DNA of 64,000 nucleotides from Candidatus Fermentibacterota bacterium (GTDB taxonomy: Bacteria; Fermentibacterota; Fermentibacteria; Fermentibacterales; JCC-6): the NCBI GenBank assembly GCA_963845085.1, contig CAWJQI010000004.1, forward strand, positions 160,001 through 224,000, in the 5' to 3' direction. The position numbers and the translations under genes are program-made. Positions within the stretch are counted from its first letter, which is position 1. Each line of letters begins with the position of its first letter. Below are positions 37,553-48,439 of the stretch, piece by piece. The notes beneath the pieces are model-generated. The model had not been told where the DNA came from and did no database searches. It saw only the letters and a program-made list of their open reading frames with translations.

Positions 37553-37628
37553 ATTAGTTTATCAGTATTGCGAAAATTGCACTGCATTCTTCAATACTGA
37601 TAAACTAATTTATCTTAGTCCGTCCCCC
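37534..37628. repeat. Perfect 37-bp inverted repeat with 21-nt loop (same family as 5759..6035)
   Basis: GGGGGACGGACTAAGATAAATTAGTTTATCAGTATTG (37534-37570) and its exact reverse complement (37592-37628). Confidence 0.95.
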
Positions 37629-38552
37629 AAGCTCTTCGAGGGTGCGGGTGATGGAGGGGGCGTCGTGGGTGCCGTAGACCCTCACATCACGGACCTTGGC
37701 GAGAAGACCCTGAAGGACCGTTCCGGGGCCGACCTCGACAAAGGTGTCGAAGCCGTTCTCGATCATCAGCTGAATCGAGGCGGCCCACAGGACCGGGGAT
37801 GTCACCTGCCTTGAAAGGAGCTCACGGGCCCTGTCGCCGCTGGTGATGTAACCGGCTGTGACATTGGCCACGACGGGAATGCCCGGGTCGTAAAAAGCCG
37901 CTTCCTTCAGTGCCTTCTTGAGATCCCTGGCGGCGTCCTCCATCAGGGGGCTGTGCCATGCGCCGGACACCTGCAGGGGAATGACGCGCTTCGCCCCCAG
38001 CTCGCGGCAGATCTCTCCCGCCTTCTCGAGAGGCTCACTCGCCCCCGAGATCACGACCTGTCCGGGAGAATTCATGTTGGCCACACCCACCGGTCCCATC
38101 TCGGATGCCTGTTCAACGGCCTTGCTGACACTTTCGAGATCAAGACCCAGCACTGCAAGCATGCCTCCGGGGTGGATATCGGCACAGCGCTGCATGAGCT
38201 CTCCGCGAAGCCTCGTGAGCTTGACGGCCGTATCGGGAAGCAGCACGCCGGCAGCCACCAGGGCTGAGTATTCACCCAGGCTGTGCCCGGCTGCGCCCTC
38301 GGGTCGAATCCCCGCAACCTGAAGAACCTTCAGCGTGGCGATGCTCACCATCGTGATCGCCGGCTGGGCGTAGTCGGTGCGAGTGAGGGTCTCGCCGGGA
38401 CCGTCGCTCATCACCTGCAGCAGGTCGTGTACTCCGCTGAGGGTGTAGGTTCTCTCAAGAAACTCCCTTGATTCGGGAAAATCCATGAGGTGCTTCTGCA
38501 TCCCCACCTGCTGTGATGCCTGACCGGGAAAGAGAAATGCCAGTCTTCCCAT
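37605..38552 (-). CDS. fabD: Malonyl-CoA:ACP transacylase
   Basis: AFLFPGQ, YAQPAI, GHSLGEY, VSGAWHS, EVGPG. Confidence 0.95.
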   Translation of the reverse strand: MGRLAFLFPGQASQQVGMQKHLMDFPESREFLERTYTLSGVHDLLQVMSDGPGETLTRTDYAQPAITMVSIATLKVLQVAGIRPEGAAGHSLGEYSALVAAGVLLPDTAVKLTRLRGELMQRCADIHPGGMLAVLGLDLESVSKAVEQASEMGPVGVANMNSPGQVVISGASEPLEKAGEICRELGAKRVIPLQVSGAWHSPLMEDAARDLKKALKEAAFYDPGIPVVANVTAGYITSGDRARELLSRQVTSPVLWAASIQLMIENGFDTFVEVGPGTVLQGLLAKVRDVRVYGTHDAPSITRTLEELGGRTKIN

Positions 38553-38557
38553 GGCCG

Positions 38558-41021
38558 TCACTCCGTTTCCTGTAATCCACTTTCCATATATGTGATCAAC
38601 TGTTTGGGTCTTGGCCATCCGGGGTCGGCTTCCACCGCCATCCCCGCAAGTTGCGCCGCCTCGGCGCTTGAACCGCCATCATAAAGCACCTGAGCTGCAG
38701 ATGTCAGTGCAACCGATCTCCAGCGCGCCGCCATCACACCCCGCACCCCGTCGAGCAGTGCGAAAGCCTCGGGAATAGAACCGTTCCAGTATACCATCTG
38801 CGCCTGCCGCAGGGGATCGGGGGATAATGATGAAAATGAGAACAGAAGTGCCACATTGGGCATGATCGTGGCCTGCGGATCGTCGGGCGCCCTGCGCCGG
38901 ATGAACTGGCAGCCCGCCCGGTGATCGGTGTTGGGTGACGGGCCGGCCTCGAGCGCGCCGCACATCCCCTGATTGTCGAGCACTGGTTCCAGATAAACTT
39001 GCTCATTCGCGTCGAACGCCACCGAGGCGAGCTGTTCCCGGGCACCCTGATCACCGAACATGGCGCCGATCGACAGCGACAGGGAATCGGCACTCCCGAT
39101 CAGGATCACGTGGCGCCCCCCTGCAAGATGGGCGGCTGAGTACGGGAATACTCCGGCCCAGGTGGCAAGTATCCTGTGGAAATCACTCGGGGGGAGCTGA
39201 TGAAGAGGAACCCACTGGGCGGCGACTCCGCCGGGCGCAAGCCTGCGTAAAACAAGCGAATAGAACTCACGGGTGTAAAGCAGCCAGCTCTCACTGGAAC
39301 CGGGATGCGTGGCGTCGCACACGACAAGGTCGTAACAGTCCGGTGTTCCAAGAAGGTAGTTCCTTCCGTCATCGCCCACGAGATGAAAGCGCGGATCGGA
39401 ATCGGGCCGGCGGTTCTCCCCCTCGAAGAATGGAAGCGCGCCGACAACACCGGGACATATCTCGACACAGACGAGGCTTTCCAGCGGGTGCGTGAGAAGG
39501 GCTCCCGACGTGATCCCGCCGCCGAGGGCCACTGAAAGAGCGGTTTTGGCCTCCGGATTGTAGCCCCAGGGCAGATGCCCGAGAAGGTAGAACGCCTCGA
39601 GTGAGGACTGGTCAATGGGCACTTCCTCGACACCGTTGATCCGCAGGCTTCGGTGCCCGTCCCAGTCGCGGCCGAACACGGAAACGGTGGCGGTTCTGTC
39701 CTCGCTGAAATAGACAAGGCTCATGCCGTCGGGAGGCGTAGAACCCGGCGGATCAGCAGTCAGGACGAGCATGTACACAGCTGCCGCACCGGCAAGCGCC
39801 ATCGGAACCCATGCGGGACGTCGGGTCCTGATGAAGCAGGCAAGCCCCACCCCGATGCTTCCGAATGCGAGCAGCAATGCGGTGTGCGTGACACCGAGCC
39901 AGGAGAAAGAAAACCCTCGTAGCGAGAACGGGCCCGAATGCCGCCCCGATGCAGTTCGCAAGGCTGAGCACCCCGACGTCCTCGCCCAGGCGGTCCTTGC
40001 GGGCGCTGGCGGCGAGCATGACAGGAAATGTCGTGCCCATGAGGAACGTGGACGGCAGCATGTAGAGGAACGAAGCCAGGAAGCCCCCCGCCGTTCGTGC
40101 TGCCCATCCGCTTCCTCCGGCAATCGCGGCGACGCCTGCGAAACTGCGCAGAGCCGAAAGGGGAAGCACCGAGGCAACAGCGAGCAGCACCTGGATTATT
40201 CCGAAGAGAAGAAGCGGTTGCCCGGTCCTCGATGCAATCCTCCTGCCGCTCAGACCGCCAAGCCCAATTCCGAGAAGAACCATCATGCCCATCGTGGTGA
40301 ACGCATAGGTGCTGTTCCCAAGCACGAAAGTGAGCTGACGGCTCCATACCGTCTCATATCCTAGTGCTAAACAACCACTTGCCGAATAAACCGCGAGGTG
40401 GAACGCACCGGGTGGAAGCTGGGCAACAGGCTCGGACGACCCTGTAACCCGGTCCCGCAGGAAGAGCAGCCCGAGAATGAGGAGCAATGAACCTGCCGCC
40501 AGAGTTGCAGCAGTTCCGACCGCCTCGAGAAGGATGAAGCCCGACAAAAAGCCGCCCAGGGCCGATCCGAGGCTGTTCAGACCGTATAGCTTCGACGCAA
40601 GTGAGCACCCGTCCGGGCCCTCGACGAGCCTTGATGCCGCAGGAACGATCCCCCCGGCGCAAAATGTGGCCGGGAAAACGAGAAGAACAGCGGAAAGGAA
40701 CCTGGCCGGGATCTGTAGACCCGAGGCGTAGAAATAAGGGTAGAGGCCCTCGAGGAAGGGCTCCAGCACCAGAGGAAGCAGAGAGGCGAGCGCCGTTCCG
40801 ACGGCAGCCGTCTGCAGGACCCTGAGAGGTCTTGGGGAACGCTGTGCCAGCTTCCCGAACGCCCTTCCGCCCAGGCCGAGCCCAAGCATGAACGCGCTGA
40901 GGACAACTGCCGTGGAATCGACGCTTCCGCCTGCAAGCAACAACAGCATCCGATTCCAGGTCACCTGCGCGATCAGAACCCCCGCGCCGCCGAGAACCGC
41001 AAAGACCCACAATCCCTGCAA
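38558..41021 (-). pseudogene. Fused membrane (MFS-like)/spermidine synthase-family protein, split by a frameshift near 39905
   Basis: TM part in ORF 39753..41021 (YGLNSLGSALG, GYETVWSR); SAM/dcSAM domain in ORF 38558..40177 (LGGGIT, VEICP, DGRNYL, LYTREFY, LAPGG). Confidence 0.75.
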
Positions 41022-41024
41022 GTC

Positions 41025-42308
41025 CTACTCCCCCAGCCTGGGCATCCTGCCCATCAGGACCAGCAGCCTTGCTTCCTCGACCAGGGAACCAACTCTCGAA
41101 CTCACCAGGGTTGCCTGCGCCTCGGTGAGCATCTGCTGGGCGTCGAGCAGGTCGAGCAGGGACAGGCCACCCATCTCGTATGTGAGACGGGAGAGGCGGT
41201 ACTGCTCCTCCGCCTGCTCAAGTGCCAGCTCGCTCAATTCATAGCTTTCGTAGGCCGAAACCACATTGTCGCGGGATGCCATCAGCCTGCTCGTGAGGGA
41301 TGACTCAAGGCCGGAGAGGGATGCCTCGCTTCTGAGAGCGCCGGCTCTTGCGGATTGGACCGACGCTTCCCGGGAGAAACCGTCGAAAATGGTCCAGTTC
41401 AACCTTAACCCGACCGACCAGTAATCGTCTTCGGGCAGGTCCTCGATACCGTTGAATTCGTCATCACTCCAGCCCCACGATGCATTCGCGCTCAGGCTGG
41501 GCCAGGCAGCCCTTTCCTGGGCGTCGGCGATGATGAAAGCCTGTTCGGAGCGGAGCCTGGCCGCCGCGAGTGAAGGGTTTTCGGCGAGGTCCGGTGACAA
41601 CGCTGAGAGAAAGTCGGGTGGAATCGGCTGCAGAACCGCCGCCGTGTCAACGGAAAGGTTCCGCATCGACATGGATACACCGGCCGCCTGGTAAAGGGCG
41701 TTGTACCTCGATCCAAGGCTCTGCCTCGACCGGGTCAGCGCGAGCCTGTCACGGCTTTCCTGAACCTGAAGCTGAAGAAGTTCCAGGGTCGGGATGCCAC
41801 CCATGTCGTAAAGCGCTTCTGCCCTTTCCAGCTGGTTCACGCTTCTCTCAAGGGCCTGCTCGGACGCGGCGAGAAGACCTTCCATCTCGACGACCGAATA
41901 GTAGGCTTCAACAACGCTCAGGACCATCTCCAGCACGGCTGCCCTGTAGTCCTCTTCAGCAGCTTCAAACCCCCGCCTCCCGGCCCTCAGTACAAGCCAG
42001 TTCCTGCCTCCGGAACCGAGAAGCTCCTGGGACAGGTTCAGAGACGCCGAATAGCTCTCGGAGCCGGTGTGTCCCTCACCCTCGGGCTGGATGGACATCC
42101 AGCTGTATCCCGAAGATGCGCTGAATGACAGCGTCGGCCAGATGAACGACCCGGCCGACTTCACATCGGCCCTCGAGCCGGCAAGGTCCGCCTCGGCCTG
42201 TGTCACCACGGGAGAGCTGGTAAGGGCGTGCGACACCCATCCCGACAGATCCATTGCCTCCCTCGGCTCCTCGGCGGACAACAGCATTAGGACAAGGACT
42301 GAAATCAT
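41025..42308 (-). CDS. TolC family outer membrane efflux protein
   Basis: Two OEP repeats (WPTLSFSAS/WPSLSANAS, VVEAYY, LNWTIFDG, LLDLLDAQ); start ATG 42308. Confidence 0.88.
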   Translation of the reverse strand: MISVLVLMLLSAEEPREAMDLSGWVSHALTSSPVVTQAEADLAGSRADVKSAGSFIWPTLSFSASSGYSWMSIQPEGEGHTGSESYSASLNLSQELLGSGGRNWLVLRAGRRGFEAAEEDYRAAVLEMVLSVVEAYYSVVEMEGLLAASEQALERSVNQLERAEALYDMGGIPTLELLQLQVQESRDRLALTRSRQSLGSRYNALYQAAGVSMSMRNLSVDTAAVLQPIPPDFLSALSPDLAENPSLAAARLRSEQAFIIADAQERAAWPSLSANASWGWSDDEFNGIEDLPEDDYWSVGLRLNWTIFDGFSREASVQSARAGALRSEASLSGLESSLTSRLMASRDNVVSAYESYELSELALEQAEEQYRLSRLTYEMGGLSLLDLLDAQQMLTEAQATLVSSRVGSLVEEARLLVLMGRMPRLGE

Positions 42309-42925
42309 AGAGTGCCAACCTCCCCGACTTCCGGACTCAAAACGACAGGAACAGCCTGAAGCAGAACGGCGAAGAGGTAGACAGCCCAGGCAAGCCTGAT
42401 ACCGAAGGACGGGCCGGCTCCCCACACCGCGGACAACCCTCTTCCAAAGATAAATACAGTCGCTATCGAAGGAATATCCAAATTCAAAAGAACAATGAAC
42501 ACAAAAGCGCCGGCCTGGCTGCCCGGAAGCCATGCAGCCAGCTCACCGAGGCTCCAGGTGAACCCCGGCGGCAGCCCCGCCGGCCTTTGCACCCACATGA
42601 GCAGCGCCACACATAAAACCCACACTGTCATCGACATGAACGCGCTGTACATTGCCGGCAGCAACCGGGCCTTTTCGCCAAGCGCCCTCGCAATTCCCCA
42701 GACGGCCGCGCCTCCCAGGGCGGCAAGAAGCATTCGCTCAACGAGCATGAAGACTGGGACCTCCCAGGAGAGGATCGAGTACTGAACACCGGCGGCGAAA
42801 CCGCCCAGGAGGATTAGAAGGGCAGAGGAAACAAGCGCCTGAAGCCGGCCTTCGCCGACAAGGTACCGGTGGGCATGGACCGGCCGCACGAACTGGGTTA
42901 TAGGCGCGAAGAGGGCTTTACTCAA
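42305..42925 (-). CDS. YIP1-like membrane protein
   Basis: Multi-TM, 206 aa, immediately upstream of tolC. Confidence 0.55.
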   Translation of the reverse strand: MSKALFAPITQFVRPVHAHRYLVGEGRLQALVSSALLILLGGFAAGVQYSILSWEVPVFMLVERMLLAALGGAAVWGIARALGEKARLLPAMYSAFMSMTVWVLCVALLMWVQRPAGLPPGFTWSLGELAAWLPGSQAGAFVFIVLLNLDIPSIATVFIFGRGLSAVWGAGPSFGIRLAWAVYLFAVLLQAVPVVLSPEVGEVGTL

Positions 42926-44315
42926 CTGCGGCCCTCCTCAGTGCCTGCCTGTAAACCTCGATGTAGGATGGAACCCTGTTGCCCCAGGAATTGTCCGCCC
43001 CCATGCAGCGCCTTCTTTTCGCTGCCCACCGGGCCGGACCCGAGTTCCACAGCTGCATGACCGAATCAAGAGCATCGGGAAACCCTGCCGGGTCGTCGAA
43101 CAGGAAACCCGTCGCGTCGTCAACGGTATCACCAAGCCCGCCGGTCCTTCTGACAAGCGGAACCGATCCGTACCTCATGGCTGTCATCTGGGACAGCCCG
43201 CACGGTTCAAACGTCGACGGCATGAGGAAGAGGTCGCTGCCCGAGAAAATCCTTCTCGCAAGGCTGTCGCAGTAGTCGATCCTGACCGCGACCGATCCGG
43301 GATGCCTGGCGGCGGCCATCCTGAGGGCGAGTTCATACTTCGCCTCGCCCGCGCCAAGAACCACAAGGCTCATCCCCCGGCCGAGCAGGCCGGGCAATGA
43401 ATCCAGAAGCAGGTCGACTCCCTTCTGGGGAGTGAGCCTTGTGACCATTCCGACGATCGGACCGCTGCCTGGAAGCAGCGCCATCTCCTTCACAAGTTCG
43501 GAACGGCACTTCCTTCTGCCGGAGATGCTCCCGGTGGAAAAACCGGCAGGCAGCGCGGGATCATCCCCTGGATTCCAGCAGACGGGATCGATCCCGTTGA
43601 GAATGCCGACAAGCTTTTCGCTTTCATGTTCAAGAACGGTCTCAAGCCCGAACCCGTAACGAGGGGTTCTGATCTCCCCCGCGTAGGAGGGGCTGACCGT
43701 GGTCACTGCGGACGCGCTGACAATAGCCCCCTTCATCATGTTCCAGTCGCCCCAGAACTCCAGCAGACCGGGATGGAAGTACTCATCCGGAAGCCCGGCG
43801 GAAGGCCAGCTTTCCGGCCCGAACCTTCCCTGGAACGCCATGTTGTGTATGGTGAAAACGGAAGCTCTCCCGCTTTTGCTGAGGTATACCGGCAGAAGGC
43901 CTGTCTGCCAGTCGTGGCAGTGAAAGATGTCGGGATGGAACCCTGTGACGGCTGCGGACGCCTCGACCGCCCTCGAGAAGAAGGCGAACCTGCTGAAGTT
44001 GTCGGGCCATGACGAGTCCGGGGTCGGGCCGTAGAGCCCCTTTCTCGAGAACTCCTCGTCCCTCGCGACAAGGTAGGCCCTGATGCCGTTCGGCAGCCTT
44101 GTCTCCGCGATCCCGAACTCCTCGCCCATGAATGTCCGTCCCGCGCCGGTCCAGCGAATTCCCCTCCTTCCCTCGAGGTCTCCGTAGAAGGGGATGATCA
44201 CCCTGGCATCGACGCCCTCGCTCGAAAGCGCTGCGGGAAGCTCGGCGACCACTGCGGCCAGACCGCCGGTACAGGCGAGCGGGTAAACCTCGGATGCCGC
44301 AAACAGCACCTTCAT
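42918..44315 (-). CDS. glgA: Glycogen synthase
   Basis: MKVLFAASE, TGGLA, HCHDWQTG, FTIHN, PSTFEPCGLSQ, TGGLGDTV. Confidence 0.95.
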   Translation of the reverse strand: MKVLFAASEVYPLACTGGLAAVVAELPAALSSEGVDARVIIPFYGDLEGRRGIRWTGAGRTFMGEEFGIAETRLPNGIRAYLVARDEEFSRKGLYGPTPDSSWPDNFSRFAFFSRAVEASAAVTGFHPDIFHCHDWQTGLLPVYLSKSGRASVFTIHNMAFQGRFGPESWPSAGLPDEYFHPGLLEFWGDWNMMKGAIVSASAVTTVSPSYAGEIRTPRYGFGLETVLEHESEKLVGILNGIDPVCWNPGDDPALPAGFSTGSISGRRKCRSELVKEMALLPGSGPIVGMVTRLTPQKGVDLLLDSLPGLLGRGMSLVVLGAGEAKYELALRMAAARHPGSVAVRIDYCDSLARRIFSGSDLFLMPSTFEPCGLSQMTAMRYGSVPLVRRTGGLGDTVDDATGFLFDDPAGFPDALDSVMQLWNSGPARWAAKRRRCMGADNSWGNRVPSYIEVYRQALRRAAVE

Positions 44316-44926
44316 CTCACCCTCCTTTTCAGGAACAGCCTGTGAACGACAAATAGGATAAGCCCGGCCGACAGGACCACAAGAACGATCCTGCCGTAGG
44401 CGGCCATGAAAGCGGTTGCGGAATCGATGTTCACGCCCAGTATGACCGACAGAACGGAAAGCAATGCGTACCAGAGAACGGCGCTGGCCAGCGAAGGCAC
44501 AAGCACGGCTGCCCTTCCCATCCCGCTCCATGATGCCGCAACGACGAGAAGCGACCTTATGCCGGGGATGAACCTGCTCAGGAAGAGCGCCCACCCTCCG
44601 TACCTCGCAACAAGGGACCTGGCCCTCTCCATGCCCCTTTCCCGGGCTGCGCCCCCCGGAAGGAACCTCTCAAGCCATTTGGGGCCCGCACCCCTTCCTG
44701 CCTCGTCCAGAAGAAAAGTTGCAAGCCCGCAACCGAAAAAGCCGGGTATCCAGAGGATCCAGGGGCTGGAGCCCCCGGAAAATCCGATCCCACCGGCAAC
44801 GATGTAGAGCACGTCTCCGGGGAAGGGGGGAAACACCGTTTCAATGAAGGCCGTGACGAAAAGCACCGGAGCCGATGCCCATGAGTCGAGGCCACTGAGA
44901 ACAAGCCTCCATGCCCCTTCGGTCAT
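44312..44926 (-). CDS. DedA family membrane protein
   Basis: FIETVFPPFPGD, SRFIPGIR. Confidence 0.9.
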   Translation of the reverse strand: MTEGAWRLVLSGLDSWASAPVLFVTAFIETVFPPFPGDVLYIVAGGIGFSGGSSPWILWIPGFFGCGLATFLLDEAGRGAGPKWLERFLPGGAARERGMERARSLVARYGGWALFLSRFIPGIRSLLVVAASWSGMGRAAVLVPSLASAVLWYALLSVLSVILGVNIDSATAFMAAYGRIVLVVLSAGLILFVVHRLFLKRRVR

Positions 44927-46038
44927 GCTTCAAGGACCGCCAGGGCCAGACAGCCGAAGCCGCCCGCCCTGCCGATATCGCCGAGCGAGTTGGTCGTGGT
45001 GCCCTTGATCCAGATCCTTGCCGTCGGTGAGCCAAGGATCTCCGACAGCCTTTCGATCATCAGGTCCCTGTTGGGCGCGACTCTGGGCCTGTCACCGATG
45101 AGCGTAAGGTCGAGGCGGCTGAGTTCCCACCCTGCCGCGCGAACCCTCGCCATGCACCCCGTGAGGATCACTGCGCTGTCCGCATCCTTCCAGACGGGAT
45201 CAGAGGGGGGGTAGAAGGTGCCGATGTCGCCAAGGGACGCAGCGGCGAGAAGGGCGTCGGCGGCGGCATGAAGCACGGCATCGCCATCGGAGTGCCCCAT
45301 TGGGCCTCCGGTTTCGGAAAGACGACAGCCTGCCGCGATCATCGGCCGGTTCTCGCTGAAGGGGTGAAAATCCAGCCCCTGCCCGAAGGACAGCCTCGGC
45401 ATGAAGCCGAAACAAGCCCTGTCGCCGGGTTCGGTGAGTTTCAGATTGCCCGGATCACCGGGCACGACTGCAACGGACACTCCGGCAGCCTCCATGGCCG
45501 AACTCTCGTCCGTAACATCGGGAGCGTCGGCAAGAACGCCAAGAAGCTGGTCATAGATGAAACCCTGCGGCGTCTGGACCGCCCAGAGTTTCTCCCTGTC
45601 AACCGTTGATGCGACAAACCCGCCCTGCACCGACTTGAGCGTGTCGCGGACCCTCATCCCCGGAATGGCTGCGCCATGTTCCTCGACCGCCCTCATGACC
45701 CTGAGAACCGTTTCCCTGGTCAGGCCGGGTCTGGCACCGTCGTGTACAAGCACATACCTTGGGTGATCAAGGGCCGCCAGGGCGGACATGACCGAATCCT
45801 GCCTGCGGATCCCGCCCTCGACCACGCGCACCCCCGGCGGCGGCGTCCAGTGGTCTTGCCACGGAAACCCGGGCGGAACCGAGACAGCAACGGGCATCAT
45901 CCCCGCAAGCAGTTCCACCGACCACTGGAGCACCGGTTTTCCGCCAAGCAGGGAAAACTGCTTCGGCAACGGTCCGCCGTACCTGCTCCCCGCACCGGCA
46001 GCGGTGACAACAGCGCCCCAACCGTCGAAGCCGGACAT
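44923..46038 (-). CDS. ispDF: Bifunctional IspD/IspF
   Basis: AAGAGSR, PKQF, VHDGARP, QTPQGF, KLTEP; then GLDFH, GHSDGDAVLHA, LGDIG. Confidence 0.93.
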   Translation of the reverse strand: MSGFDGWGAVVTAAGAGSRYGGPLPKQFSLLGGKPVLQWSVELLAGMMPVAVSVPPGFPWQDHWTPPPGVRVVEGGIRRQDSVMSALAALDHPRYVLVHDGARPGLTRETVLRVMRAVEEHGAAIPGMRVRDTLKSVQGGFVASTVDREKLWAVQTPQGFIYDQLLGVLADAPDVTDESSAMEAAGVSVAVVPGDPGNLKLTEPGDRACFGFMPRLSFGQGLDFHPFSENRPMIAAGCRLSETGGPMGHSDGDAVLHAAADALLAAASLGDIGTFYPPSDPVWKDADSAVILTGCMARVRAAGWELSRLDLTLIGDRPRVAPNRDLMIERLSEILGSPTARIWIKGTTTNSLGDIGRAGGFGCLALAVLEA

Positions 46039-47099
46039 CAGGCCCGGTCCTCGACATCGGCCTCCAGGACTTCCTCCTCCTGTTTCTCCACCGAGGCGAA
46101 GACCATGGTCCCGCCCGAAGCCCTGAATGTCGTGTGCGCGGTAACGACAAGGTCGCTGCCGACCTGTGTCGCCGCTTCGTCGACAACGACCATGGTGCCG
46201 TCGGACAGAAAGCCCACGCCCTGGCCGTTTCCGCGGCCTTTTTTCTGTATCTTCACGGTCAGCTTTTCGCCGGGCAGCACCACCGCCCTGCCGGCCGCGC
46301 CGACTTCATCCAGCCTTATCACATGGATGCCTTCCCGTTCAGCCGTATCGAGAAGCATCGCGTCGGAACTCAACAGAGCGGCACCGGTCTGTCTGAGCCA
46401 CTCCAGCATTCTGTGCTTTTCGCGTTCACCGTCGCCGAAATCGCGGAACTCGAGCAGACCGCCGGCTTTTCCTACGGCTTCCTCAAGCCTCTGAAGGGTT
46501 TCGGTACCTCTTCTGGCCCTTCCGCGGGAAACGGTGTTCCGGCTCTTCTGAAGCGTTTCGAGGCTTGCCTTGACCGACATGGGAACGGTGAAAGGCCCGG
46601 GAAGGATCCCGGCGAGGGTCAGATCCGCCACCCTGCCGTCGATTATCGCATTCATGTCTACGAGCACGGGGAGGAAAAGCCTCGTTCCCCTTTCCTCCTC
46701 GACTTTGAGAAGGTTGATCTTCCTGCCCTTCGTCAGGGCAGCCCGTGAGAACACGTAGGCCAGTGCGAAGGGAACAAGCACCAGCAGGTCGGCCCCCCCG
46801 GCCCTGAGTTCGATGTCACCTATGTGCAGAACCAACATCAGTAAAAGGCCAATTAACAGCCCCAGGAAGGTTCCGGCCGTGATGTACACAAAACCATCGG
46901 CACGGAGCCCTGTCACAAGCCTCTCAAGGACAAGGGCAAACGCTCCGATCGCTATCCCTGCGAAACCCATCCAGAAACTCTCCACCGATGCGAAGGGGCT
47001 TTCCGTGGCAAGGGTGCCCGCCAAACCCAGAACAAGCACGAAAACGAGCCTGCTCTCCCATCCGTTCTTTCTCAGAGCCATTCCTCTCCCTTTTCGCAA
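46038..47099 (-). CDS. PIN/TRAM domain membrane protein (YacL-like)
   Basis: TM N-terminus; VDMNAIIDGR; RGRARRG; QGVGFLSDGTMVVV; sits between radA and ispD. Confidence 0.88.
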   Translation of the reverse strand: MRKGRGMALRKNGWESRLVFVLVLGLAGTLATESPFASVESFWMGFAGIAIGAFALVLERLVTGLRADGFVYITAGTFLGLLIGLLLMLVLHIGDIELRAGGADLLVLVPFALAYVFSRAALTKGRKINLLKVEEERGTRLFLPVLVDMNAIIDGRVADLTLAGILPGPFTVPMSVKASLETLQKSRNTVSRGRARRGTETLQRLEEAVGKAGGLLEFRDFGDGEREKHRMLEWLRQTGAALLSSDAMLLDTAEREGIHVIRLDEVGAAGRAVVLPGEKLTVKIQKKGRGNGQGVGFLSDGTMVVVDEAATQVGSDLVVTAHTTFRASGGTMVFASVEKQEEEVLEADVEDRA

Positions 47100-48439
47100 A
47101 GAAGCTCGCCGATCGCGGCGGACAGACGGACAAAGCCCGGAGCCCCGTTCTTCTCAGCATCCGTGTCCTCCCTGGCACCCGCGAGGGTGGAAAACCCCAG
47201 GTTGACCGCTTCGGTGAACCTTCTGCCATAACCGGCCACAGGCCGTACCTCACCACCGAGACCGATCTCGCCACATACCGCGGTGCCCTTCCTCACTGCC
47301 CTCTCCAGACGGCTTGAGGCAACGGCAAGGCTAACGGCAAGGTCGGCCCCCGGATCTCCGAGGGTGAATCCCCCGGCAACATTGACATAAACATCCTGAT
47401 TTTCAAGATCGATCCCGCATCTGCGCTCAAGCACCGCGAGCAGCATCGCAAGCCTCGCCGCGTCAAAGCCCGAGGCACGTCTCTGCGGGTAGCCGTACCG
47501 GGATGGGCTTGTGAGTGCCTGAACCTCGACAAGAAACGGCCTGGAGCCCTGCAGCACCGCCGCGGGCACCGAGCCTGGAACAGCCTCGCTCTCCCTTCGC
47601 AGGAAAAGACCCGAGGCGTTGGAAACCCCGGACAGCCCTCTGGGACCCATTTCAAACACTCCGAGTTCGTTCGTGCCTCCGAACCGATTCTTCACCGCAC
47701 GAAGGAGCCTGTACTGGTGCGACGCGTCCCCCTCGAAGTAGATGACGGTATCGACAAGGTGCTCAAGAACCTTGGGGCCGGCAAGGGTTCCGTCCTTTGT
47801 CACGTGCCCCACTACGAAGGCGGTTATCTCCCTGGGTTTGCACAGGCTGATCAGGGAGGCGGCGCAGTGTCTCACCTGCGACACCGAACCGGGAGCGCTT
47901 TGAAGGTCGGGGGAGTGCAGGGTCTGGACCGAATCAACAACGAGAACCCTGTAGCCGCCTGATTCCACGACGCCGGCGACAGTGTCGAGCCTGGTTGCCG
48001 GAAGTATCGAAAGCCCAGCGGGCGATGACCCTATCCTGCCGGCCCTGCCTGCGATCTGAGCCGCCGATTCCTCCCCGGTCGCGTACAGAACCGAAATCCC
48101 GGCTGCGGCCATGTTCATCGCCGCCTGCAGTATTATCGTGCTCTTGCCTATGCCGGGCTCGCCTCCGAGGAGGATTACGCTCCCCTCGCTTGCGCCGCCT
48201 CCCAGTACCCTGTCGAATTCGGGAAGCCCGGTCGGCAGGCGGGCGCCGGTGTCGACCGTTACCTCACTGAGGTTGACGGGCCTTGCGTTCTCTGCGGGGA
48301 AATACCCCGTCGACGGCTGGGCATCGCGCCGTTCCTCGACCATGGTGTTCCAGCTGAGGCAGTGCGGGCATTTGCCGCTCCAGGCGTGGGTTTCGCCCCC
48401 GCAGGAACTGCATACGAACACCGACCTCGGTTTTGGCAT
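47072..48439 (-). CDS. radA: DNA repair protein RadA/Sms
   Basis: C4 zinc finger, GEPGIGKST, KNRFG, Lon-like C-terminus. Confidence 0.97.
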   Translation of the reverse strand: MPKPRSVFVCSSCGGETHAWSGKCPHCLSWNTMVEERRDAQPSTGYFPAENARPVNLSEVTVDTGARLPTGLPEFDRVLGGGASEGSVILLGGEPGIGKSTIILQAAMNMAAAGISVLYATGEESAAQIAGRAGRIGSSPAGLSILPATRLDTVAGVVESGGYRVLVVDSVQTLHSPDLQSAPGSVSQVRHCAASLISLCKPREITAFVVGHVTKDGTLAGPKVLEHLVDTVIYFEGDASHQYRLLRAVKNRFGGTNELGVFEMGPRGLSGVSNASGLFLRRESEAVPGSVPAAVLQGSRPFLVEVQALTSPSRYGYPQRRASGFDAARLAMLLAVLERRCGIDLENQDVYVNVAGGFTLGDPGADLAVSLAVASSRLERAVRKGTAVCGEIGLGGEVRPVAGYGRRFTEAVNLGFSTLAGAREDTDAEKNGAPGFVRLSAAIGELLCEKGEEWL

